This document shows, piece after piece, positions 1 through 7,776 of a stretch of 64,000 nt of DNA. Origin of the DNA: Chloroflexota bacterium (lineage in GTDB: Bacteria > Bacteroidota > Ignavibacteria > Kapaibacteriales > UBA2268). The position numbers were made by a program, and so were the translations under genes. The stretch spans positions 64,815 through 128,814 of the forward strand of contig JBLNBN010000030.1 in NCBI GenBank assembly GCA_050260015.1. Direction: 5' to 3'. How positions within the stretch are numbered: position 1 is the stretch's first letter; each line of letters opens with the position of its first letter. Under the pieces are notes generated by a model that searched no databases, was not told the origin of the DNA, and saw only the letters and a list, made by a program, of their open reading frames with translations.

Positions 1-16
1 CCTCCGGTACTCCCCA
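1..16 (+). tRNA. Probable 3' end of a tRNA, likely tRNA-His (partial, at window edge)
   Basis: CCTCC-GGTACTC-C-CCA parses as T-stem 3' strand, 7-nt acceptor strand, discriminator C and CCA. C73 is characteristic of bacterial tRNA-His, and a terminator follows directly. Only 16 nt are visible. Confidence 0.4.
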
Positions 17-50
17 AAAAAAGGGCGCGACTAATAATCGCGCCCTTTTT
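17..50 (+). terminator. Intrinsic terminator (possibly bidirectional)
   Basis: AAAAAGGGCGCGA-ctaataa-TCGCGCCCTTTTT perfect stem. Confidence 0.8.
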
Positions 51-285
51 CCTTATTTGGAAGTATGCGTATCTTCTTTTATAAGTTAGGTTTAGCTCCT
101 GATAGTAATAAGCTGCTGATCGTTCCGTCTTAACGCTATATTAAAATATGCTAATCGGTTGAAGAAATGTGGAAGCTTAGTCATTTATAAGTCCCAACAA
201 TTTCTTTTTAACTGCTTAGCGGGCTTCCAGATTAGCGGCTAGCAATTGATTTTATAAATATAAACTAAATAAGGAGACTATCCAT

Positions 286-465
286 ATGCCAAATACAGGA
301 GAAAAACCCGGTCGCGGCACATATGTCTGCGAGGAATGCCAATCGACCGTTGAAATTCACGACAACAATTCCCAGCTACCGCCTTGCCCAAAATGCAACG
401 GCACGAGATTTGAAAAACAAGAAAGAGGAAGAAGCGGCGGACAACAACGACAACAGAATAGATAA
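286..465 (+). CDS. Small zinc-ribbon protein, 59 aa (not in the ORF track)
   Basis: Hand translation gives MPNTGEKPGRGTYVCEECQSTVEIHDNNSQLPPCPKCNGTRFEKQERGRSGGQQRQQNR. It has two CxxC motifs, a TGE..G.G.Y.C...LPPCPKC pattern, and AAGGAG at 271-276. Confidence 0.85.
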   Translation: MPNTGEKPGRGTYVCEECQSTVEIHDNNSQLPPCPKCNGTRFEKQERGRSGGQQRQQNR

Positions 466-582
466 CGACATTTAAATAAAGACGATTGCTAGCCGCTTTC
501 AGATTTGTCGACCTGACTATAAAAGGAAGTAACCTACGCTTACTCCACTCATTTCCACATACCGACGACTTCCTAAGACAAT

Positions 583-851
583 CTATATCTTAATAAACAT
601 TTCGGAATAATTTCCACACCGCGCCAGGTAAACTCCCGCAGGTAGAAAAGATACATCTAAAATATGTATGTTTATCGGCGCCTCCATTACCTTTATGATT
701 TTTCCCCGGTTAAGCGTTCCAGATTGTCAATGGCCGAATCAATTGAAACCAGGGATGAGACCTTATTGAGCAAAACGGAATCCAGCTGAGCCTTTAAGTG
801 GGACGCGCTCGCTATCAAAGTAAAAACTACGAAGAATAGAAATTGTCTCAT
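583..851 (-). pseudogene. Internally deleted remnant of a T9SS-secreted protein (signal peptide plus out-of-frame CTD)
   Basis: 851-693 encodes MRQFLFFVVFTLIASASHLKAQLDSVLLNKVSSLVSIDSAIDNLERLTGEKS*. A frameshift at GGGGAAAAA continues as GKIIKVMEAPINIHILDVSFLPAGVYLARCGNYSEMFIKI* (stop 583-585), which resembles a T9SS CTD tail. Confidence 0.7.
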
Positions 852-1043
852 TAGTATATTCCCTGGTTAAAATATTCTTTAACTGTGAACAAATAGAATG
901 TCAAAAAAGTTACACAGTTTCTTTCTATGTTTAGAATTAAAGTTAAAAATGATTGCTAATAATCGTAAATTGACGTAATTAAGCTTGCATTTTTTATAAT
1001 TAGAGATTAAATTGTGAATACAAATTACTATAGGAGCGTCCAT

Positions 1044-2159
1044 ATGCGTTTTATCTTTACTTCGGCTAATGTAGTTGCGATCATCCTTATAGGTATGATC
1101 ATTTACGGTTGCTCATCCGCCGAAAAGACCGTTCTCGTTAAGTCCAGGGCGGGGCTAAATGCCAAGGATTACGACGAGCGGTATAAGCTGGATAGCTTCA
1201 AAGTCGTTAAAGTTATCGACGAGCGCGCCTCGCAGGACGAGTTCATAGGAATCGCGGATAGAAGCGGCGCGAACTTAATGCTGCAGGAGCCTCTCTCGGA
1301 TTATCTCCTGCCGAGATTCAATCTCGCAATTGCGCGCGATACCTCGGTTAAGAAATACACTCCGGTAACGGTGCGCGTCAGGGATTTTTACTATGGGCCG
1401 TCGGGACCGTTTTACAACAAAGGCGTATTTTTCAAATACGACTTAGCATTTGAGTATCCATACGCTGGCGGAACTAAAACATTCGTAATGGTAGACTCGG
1501 CAAACCGAATTTCGCACGGAATGCTGGCGTCTCCCCAAAATTTAGATCCCGGCCAGGAAATTACAACAGGAATTCGCCGCGTCGCGCGCCTTTTCGTGCT
1601 GAATACTCAGGAGAAGATATCTATTGCCGATAACCAAAAGGTCAGTTGGGACTCTACCTCGCCTAAGGTTCAGTCGTTCGACAGCTTGAATTGGGCGACA
1701 ATTGTTCGTCAGCAATACAGATATGGGTTAGAGTATAAGCATCGTATTGGTATTAAGTCCCGAAGGAACGTCTCGGCGGGTATATACAAAAGCATACGAT
1801 ATTGCAATAATTACGATATAGGCCTTGGTCTCGAGGCTAGCTACGCCGAAGTTAAATACGGTAAGGGGTTAGGATCTCTTTATACGGTAGGCTTATCGAC
1901 AACTTACGGCGATTTGTTTACCGAGAATATCGATTGGCTCAGGTATTTAATCGCTTTTCAGTCTAATGGCGGGAGCGAACGATTCGGACTTAGGAGAAAG
2001 GAAATATACGGCGGGCGATTGGAGGGGACTATCGGGGTAGACATCTTAAAGTATATCTCGGTAGACTTAGGCGCGTTCCTGCAAGGGCATTTGGGCGCTC
2101 ACCTGCTGCCATACGACGCCGGAATGACTATAACGGTAGGATTAACTTCAGGATTTTAA
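1044..2159 (+). CDS. Hypothetical lipoprotein with a probable C-terminal beta-strand-rich (outer membrane barrel-like) domain
   Basis: ATG 1044 follows AGGAG. Lipobox IYG-C; V.DER motif as in YajG-like lipoproteins; alternating hydrophobic strands; terminal Phe. Confidence 0.7.
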   Translation: MRFIFTSANVVAIILIGMIIYGCSSAEKTVLVKSRAGLNAKDYDERYKLDSFKVVKVIDERASQDEFIGIADRSGANLMLQEPLSDYLLPRFNLAIARDTSVKKYTPVTVRVRDFYYGPSGPFYNKGVFFKYDLAFEYPYAGGTKTFVMVDSANRISHGMLASPQNLDPGQEITTGIRRVARLFVLNTQEKISIADNQKVSWDSTSPKVQSFDSLNWATIVRQQYRYGLEYKHRIGIKSRRNVSAGIYKSIRYCNNYDIGLGLEASYAEVKYGKGLGSLYTVGLSTTYGDLFTENIDWLRYLIAFQSNGGSERFGLRRKEIYGGRLEGTIGVDILKYISVDLGAFLQGHLGAHLLPYDAGMTITVGLTSGF

Positions 2160-2210
2160 AAATCGGATTATTCTCAGAACAGTACAAATTATTCATTGAT
2201 AATTGTAGAT

Positions 2211-2522
2211 AACCCCCTCTCTAACTCTTCCCAAAGGGGCTATCTTTGTAGACGAATTATCAGGAATGACGCGTAAGCGTTTATAAATAGATGAGTATGT
2301 CGCTCAGGCTAAGCGAAGAGTCCATAGAATATATTAAAATCGTATACTGCTCCGTAAACGCATAGAAATATGTATAGGGCCGTTCAGGACGAATCCGGAG
2401 GATTCGCATGTCTATAGTAAAACATGCCCCAAACTACATCCCCGCCGCGGCGAAGCCGCGGAAAAAAAGCGTGTGGGATGCAGGCGCTACGCGTTACAAA
2501 GCTGTAACCCCGCCGGGGTTAA
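2211..2522. repeat. Mosaic of short REP/MITE-like palindromes
   Basis: Hairpins CGAATCC-gga-GGATTCG (~2390-2406), CCGCGGCGAAGCCGCGG (2445-2461) and AACCCCGCCGGGGTT (~2506-2520), plus CCCCCTCTCTAACTCTTCCCAAAGGGG (~2213-2239). Confidence 0.5.
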
Positions 2523-2537
2523 GAAATGCTTTGGCCG

Positions 2538-2849
2538 TCATCTGCCCTTTGAGTAATAGGCGAAGCCTTTTATGGTATCTCCTAATGAACATCTTATTGT
2601 ATGTTACTCACGCACGATAAAGCAGTTACGGCGTATCGTGGCGAATATTAACCTGAATATTGCTGGTTTACAGAACCGGACGCCGAGTGTTTTTACGAGC
2701 GAAGCGAGTAAAAATGTATCGAGGCGTCTTTATAAGACCTGACGTCTCGATACAATTTTTTTTCTCGTACCCTCGAAAAAAAATCACTCGACGTCCCCTC
2801 TAAGTTCATCCGCCCTTTGAGTAATAGGCGAAGCCTTTTATGGTATCTC
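2538..2849. repeat. 44-bp direct repeat pair (2538-2581 and 2806-2849)
   Basis: TCATC(T/C)GCCCTTTGAGTAATAGGCGAAGCCTTTTATGGTATCTC occurs twice with one mismatch. Confidence 0.9.
2678..2796. repeat. Inverted pair of REP-like structured elements (REPIN-like doublet)
   Basis: 2678-2728 is GGACGCCGAGTG-TTTTTA-CGAGCGAAGCGAG-TAAAAA-TGTATCGAGGCGTC. The reverse complement of 2741-2796 is GGACGTCGAGTG-ATTTTTTTT-CGAGGGTACGAG-AAAAAAAAT-TGTATCGAGACGTC. Confidence 0.8.
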
Positions 2850-3025
2850 TGAGTGACAAAACCTTATAATATCAAGCGCTTGCGCGTCATTTCCAAGTGT
2901 TAGCCTACAAAGTAAGCCAAAGGGGCGAGAACCAACTCTTCTATTACCATGGGCTTAGCGAGAATTTTCCAGTTAAGGCTTCTATATATTCAGATGTTAT
3001 CACTAATATTATTAGAGTATCAAAC

Positions 3026-3069
3026 AAGAGACGGAAGAACACTATAGCGTTTATATTCTTCCGTCTCTT
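3026..3069 (-). terminator. Stem-loop terminator downstream of the 3080-5413 gene
   Basis: AAGAGACGGAAGAA ... TTCTTCCGTCTCTT, 14-bp stem. Confidence 0.6.
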
Positions 3070-3079
3070 TAATTAATCG

Positions 3080-5413
3080 CTATCGGTTTACTATCGCCTT
3101 GATCAACTTAGTCGTATCGCCGCGCCGAATCGCAATAAAATAGACGCCCGGTGCGAAACCGGAACAATCCCACGTGAGCAGGGCCCCGGTTGAGGATGTT
3201 TTTTCAATTGCAAAAGCGCCCTGGCATGGGATCTCGCCGAATAAATTATACAGAGAAACGCTCTCCTCGGTAATATCGGCGACGGCGGCGCCAGATAGCT
3301 CTACCTGTGCGAACTTTGACGCCGGGTTGGGGTAGGGCTCGCCGCAATAAAACCCGTCGGAATTTCTATCTCTCATATTTTCATTTGCCGATAGCGGTAT
3401 AACCGGATCCAAAACGCAGAGATTAGGCCGGGGATAATAATCGTCATTGTATGTTGCGATAAACCGAGAACCGTACTTCATAAAGACGCCTGTCACGCTA
3501 CCGTTATATGGAAATGTACGGAAGCGCATACCGGATTTATCGAGCAGGTCGGGATAGGCGTAGAGCTTATCGCCGCGCGTTATATAGACGAAATCGTCGT
3601 CGTAGGTAAACCTGATATCCGAAAATTTGAAGCCTGGATCATCTTCTTTTGACCACTCCACGAACTTAAGTTTGTAGCGGGAGTCGATATCGATTAAGTC
3701 GATTATTTCGCTCGAATCGATTTCATTACGATGCGCGACGAGGATGTAGTTCTTGCCTTTATTCTTAACCTCTTTGACGAAAATTTCTGCGTAGTTAGTA
3801 TCGTACTTTACTATCGTCGTCCATATCTCGCCGCCGTCGGTAGTGTAGCGGATCTCGCTCGCGCTGTCGAGCGTGTTCGCGCAGTGAATAAAGTGAGTCA
3901 GCGGGCTGAGAGAATAGCAATAATCGAGCGCCGTATTGGGAATGATTATTTTTCTATCAGTTTTAAAATCCTTATTCAATACATAAATCGAGCTGGAATA
4001 TTTTAAGTAATCCTCCAGCTTCATAGGCAAAATGAAGTACTCCGCGAGCTTTGACAGTTCAGGCTCTAAGTTAGCGTTTTCATAATACTTAGTTTGGTAA
4101 TATGGGAAATTAATCGATTTAAGAGTGGATTCGGTATACGTTGCGCCGTAGTCGTCGGAAGTATAGAGGTAAGCGTACATATAATCGTTTTCATACGCGA
4201 TCGCATAGAATCTATTTAATTCCGGATCGTAATACTTGTGTCTCATCGGCATAAAAAGAAAATCGGCGAAGTAGTTTTCTCCCATATTTATACTGGGTTT
4301 TATTTCAAATCGATCGGCTTGCTTTCGATTCATAAACAAGCTTGTCCCTCTTGAGCTTGCATTGAAAAGTAGGAGCGAGTTATCTTGAGCAATGATTGGG
4401 GCCATATAGACTAAAGGTCTATATCCGCTTGAAATTTCTTCGGTATACTTGGTCGTTAAATTGGCGACGCGTAATAAAGCGTTATTGCCCACGACTATAA
4501 TCTTGTCGTTCCGAAAGGCGAAATCATTAAAACTTGATTGAACTTGCGACCACCACCCCTGCCCGAAATAAGCTTCAAGCCGTTTGTCATACTGGTAGAG
4601 CCTGTAGAGGGAGTCCCCATAGACGCGGAGGCCTTCGCTTTGGTCGATTTCCAGCGTGTCTTTAATTACGCCGAACTCCTCCATGCGGATGATAATATTA
4701 AGGTAGCCGTAGTATTTGCGCGAGGCTATCGTATGGATCTCGATATTCAAAACGTCGCCGCTGGTAAAGATTGAACTATTAGCGTAAAATTTTGTTTTAG
4801 CGTTATAAAAATTGGTCGTATCCAGCGAAAATGTGTCGATTGGATTTAGCTTAGGAGACAACCGAACGTAAACGGATGAATCCAGCGCTACTACCAGCTT
4901 GTCCTGGAAATAGGTCATGGATTCGCCTGTTTTCGAGCCGAAAGACGTTTTTCTGTAGGTGTCAAATAAATAATCGGAATTAAGACTGATTCGATTGGTT
5001 TCCTCGAAGGAGGAGTTTAGGGCATATATCGTATTTCTTCCCCGTAGAAAGTACCCGTTCGTCGTTTTGATGACGTCGCAAATTGGGTCCGCGTATAGAT
5101 TTTTTACTTTCCATGTCTGCGCTTTATCGTAGGAAAAAGAGATATCGCCTGCAGAATTAAAAGCGACTATCCTATTGTCCTCGACTTCAAATTTCAGTAC
5201 AATACCCCGATCGAAGGGGCGGATCTGCCGCCAGGTCGCCCCGTCGTCCTCGCTGAAAACCACATAGCCGTTATCGCCAAGGGCCACAAGCGTCTTGCCG
5301 TCGTCTTCAATAGATAGGAAGTTAATGATTTGGGGAGTAATTGTAAAATCTCCGGCAAAGCCTTTTCCCGATGCAAGCGTTAAGAACGCTATTATAACGA
5401 ATAGATTTTTCAT
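3080..5413 (-). CDS. T9SS type-A CTD protein with BNR/Asp-box repeats (YCF48-like beta-propeller)
   Basis: Signal peptide; SEDDGATW, SYDKAQTW, SDDYGATY and TTDGGEIW boxes; CTD PYPNPA...PGVYFI...KAIVNR. Confidence 0.85.
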   Translation of the reverse strand: MKNLFVIIAFLTLASGKGFAGDFTITPQIINFLSIEDDGKTLVALGDNGYVVFSEDDGATWRQIRPFDRGIVLKFEVEDNRIVAFNSAGDISFSYDKAQTWKVKNLYADPICDVIKTTNGYFLRGRNTIYALNSSFEETNRISLNSDYLFDTYRKTSFGSKTGESMTYFQDKLVVALDSSVYVRLSPKLNPIDTFSLDTTNFYNAKTKFYANSSIFTSGDVLNIEIHTIASRKYYGYLNIIIRMEEFGVIKDTLEIDQSEGLRVYGDSLYRLYQYDKRLEAYFGQGWWSQVQSSFNDFAFRNDKIIVVGNNALLRVANLTTKYTEEISSGYRPLVYMAPIIAQDNSLLLFNASSRGTSLFMNRKQADRFEIKPSINMGENYFADFLFMPMRHKYYDPELNRFYAIAYENDYMYAYLYTSDDYGATYTESTLKSINFPYYQTKYYENANLEPELSKLAEYFILPMKLEDYLKYSSSIYVLNKDFKTDRKIIIPNTALDYCYSLSPLTHFIHCANTLDSASEIRYTTDGGEIWTTIVKYDTNYAEIFVKEVKNKGKNYILVAHRNEIDSSEIIDLIDIDSRYKLKFVEWSKEDDPGFKFSDIRFTYDDDFVYITRGDKLYAYPDLLDKSGMRFRTFPYNGSVTGVFMKYGSRFIATYNDDYYPRPNLCVLDPVIPLSANENMRDRNSDGFYCGEPYPNPASKFAQVELSGAAVADITEESVSLYNLFGEIPCQGAFAIEKTSSTGALLTWDCSGFAPGVYFIAIRRGDTTKLIKAIVNR

Positions 5414-5455
5414 GCTATATTTCCTGAGTTTATTGCTTTTCGTAAATAAGCGCGC

Positions 5456-7492
5456 TTATCGCGCGACGATAAATGGAACTACTTCAAGCTTATTTCCGCT
5501 GCTTACCGCAAGCATATACATACCCGGCGAAAGGCCGCTAACGTTCAATTTCTTTTCATTGGCGAAGCTTAACGCTTTTCGTCCGTCGGAAGTAAATACT
5601 TCGGCAAAGAATGCAGTCCATGGAGTTGAAATTTCGAGGAATTCCGCCGTTGGATTTGGGAAAACCTTAGTCGAAGTAACGCCCGGCGCATCCTCCACGC
5701 CCTTAACTATTCCCAAATCGGAAAGCTTGGCTACAAAGACCCCAAATTCGGATCCGGCGAAGAGGTAGTCTCCGAAAACGTAGAGCGAATATACTCTCTC
5801 GTCCGAAAAGTCATAACCCGCCATTTCCCATGTAGCTCCGTAATCGCGGGATAGGAATATGCCCCTGTCGGGCGCGTTGTAAACTATAGTTCTGCCAATA
5901 AGCGTTGCGGAAATATAATCGTAGGGGGTATATATTGTATTCCAATGCTCGCCGTAATCCCAGGAAAAGTAAATATTACCCTCCTCGTTGTAGGCTACCG
6001 CAAGGCTGCCATTTGCCGTAATTCCTTTAATGGACGGTATTGCGAAATGGTGTGGAACTTTGCTCCAGCTTTCGCCGTTATCTGTCGATCTCAGTATCCC
6101 GAGATCGGTTCCCGCCAGTATTCCTTTTGAATTGCGAGCGAAACAATAGAACTGGTATGCCAAAAGGGAAGAATCTATTAAACTCCACGTTCTTGCAGTG
6201 TCCCTGCTTATGTACATCCCGCTTATTGCGCCCGATAGGATAGCATCATCGGTTTGCAGCAGAGTAAGCGTTCTTACATTTGTCGGCAGCATCCTGGTTT
6301 CCCAGTTCTGCCAGTTATCCGTCGTATAATAGATCTTATCGAGATAAGGAGCAAGCCCGTAGCATAATCCGTCGGGCGTGGGCGATGGGAAGAAAGTAGC
6401 TCGTGTTATCTCTTTATCGAAAGCCGGCGAGGACCAATTTTCCCCGAGATCCCCGGTAATATACGAGCCGAAATCCCATGTTCCGAAGAGGAGGCTGTCC
6501 TGTAGCGTGGAAAATCTCGATGCTGGGATTTTCCTTAAACCCTTATTTTGCGCCGACCATGTATTGCCCTGGTCGGTGGAAACGAAAACCCCGTTTTTGC
6601 CCGCCGCGTAGAGTATGCCGTCCGAATATATTAGATCGTTGATTTGCTCGGAGCCAAGCTTCGAAGCGGAAAGCTCGTAAGAATCGTCCTTGGGAACATA
6701 GTACCTCAGACCGCCCTGGCCGTTTACGCTTGCGATTAATAAAGTATCGGAAACTTCAACGATTTTGTTGTAGCTGTATGTAGCGACTAATTTCTTCCAG
6801 GACGACATTCCATCGTTGGAGTAGAAAAAACCGTTCCTTCCGCTGATAAAGAATTTGCCGTCCTTGATAAATATTGAAGAAACCGTATTTTCATTTGGAT
6901 AGTCGTTGGTTAGGGCGGTATCCCAAGTTACGCCCTTGTCGCGGGTGAAATGAATCCCGTTATTAAGAGCGGCGACAATTGTATCCCCGGAGGGAGTGGC
7001 GGCGACTATCTCTCCCCATAGGTTTGAATTATTGCGCTGCGGGTAGTCCCAGCTTGCTCCCTGGTCGGTCGAGCGAATTAGGCCGTTATCTGTTCCGACA
7101 AGGATCAGCTTGTCGTTCATAAATATTTGCCTGATTCGCTTAGGCATATCCTCGAGCGGCAAATTCTGGAAAATCCTTTCCCAATTCTCTCCATCAGTCG
7201 AGCGATAAGCGCCGGCTTCGGTAGAAGCGTAGATTGCATTTTTGTAGGAGAAGAGGTGATTCAGCCTTTTTGTAAATGCGAACGGTTTGCGGAGCTTTGT
7301 CCACTCGATCGAGCTCTTCAGCGAGGTGAAAGCGCTGATAGGCGCATATTCAGACGTTAGCGCGAAGAGGGAACTTTCAAGCGGGCAGACCTGGTATACC
7401 GCGCCGCCGTAGGGGCCTACGGCCCTCCATTGGGCTTGGAGCGGCATGGCCAGCAAGATAAGAGAGAATGCAAAAAGTACGGAATTCTTCAT
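5456..7492 (-). CDS. T9SS type-A CTD protein with BNR/Asp-box repeats
   Basis: Signal peptide, then QWRAVGPYGG; many SxDxGxxW boxes; CTD VFPNPT...LSPGMYML. Confidence 0.88.
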   Translation of the reverse strand: MKNSVLFAFSLILLAMPLQAQWRAVGPYGGAVYQVCPLESSLFALTSEYAPISAFTSLKSSIEWTKLRKPFAFTKRLNHLFSYKNAIYASTEAGAYRSTDGENWERIFQNLPLEDMPKRIRQIFMNDKLILVGTDNGLIRSTDQGASWDYPQRNNSNLWGEIVAATPSGDTIVAALNNGIHFTRDKGVTWDTALTNDYPNENTVSSIFIKDGKFFISGRNGFFYSNDGMSSWKKLVATYSYNKIVEVSDTLLIASVNGQGGLRYYVPKDDSYELSASKLGSEQINDLIYSDGILYAAGKNGVFVSTDQGNTWSAQNKGLRKIPASRFSTLQDSLLFGTWDFGSYITGDLGENWSSPAFDKEITRATFFPSPTPDGLCYGLAPYLDKIYYTTDNWQNWETRMLPTNVRTLTLLQTDDAILSGAISGMYISRDTARTWSLIDSSLLAYQFYCFARNSKGILAGTDLGILRSTDNGESWSKVPHHFAIPSIKGITANGSLAVAYNEEGNIYFSWDYGEHWNTIYTPYDYISATLIGRTIVYNAPDRGIFLSRDYGATWEMAGYDFSDERVYSLYVFGDYLFAGSEFGVFVAKLSDLGIVKGVEDAPGVTSTKVFPNPTAEFLEISTPWTAFFAEVFTSDGRKALSFANEKKLNVSGLSPGMYMLAVSSGNKLEVVPFIVAR

Positions 7493-7776
7493 TGAACAGC
7501 CTTTTTTATTATTTGTACATTCGCTTTCCTATATAAACAGATGAACTGCCGTTTTGTAACAGTAGTGTGGAAAAAATATTTTTATTTTTCTCTATTAAAT
7601 TGGATATTTTATTTGTTGCCGGCTTGAAGTATGCTTAATAGTAATAAACGCAGGGCCAGATCGGCTTCTCAAATTTTAAGAAAACTTGATTCTGAAATAA
7701 TTAATAAATTCATATTTGTTAAGCAAGAATAATAAATCTTTTGTATATTGCATAAAGTTAATAAAAGGAACATGAA

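Noticed and set aside
2408-2620. 70-aa ORF
   Set aside because: It runs through palindromes and the 44-bp repeat, has no recognisable motif, and is probably a chance ORF.
2538-2849. CRISPR array from the 44-bp repeats
   Set aside because: There are only two copies, the 224-bp intervening sequence is far too long for a spacer, and no cas genes are in the window.
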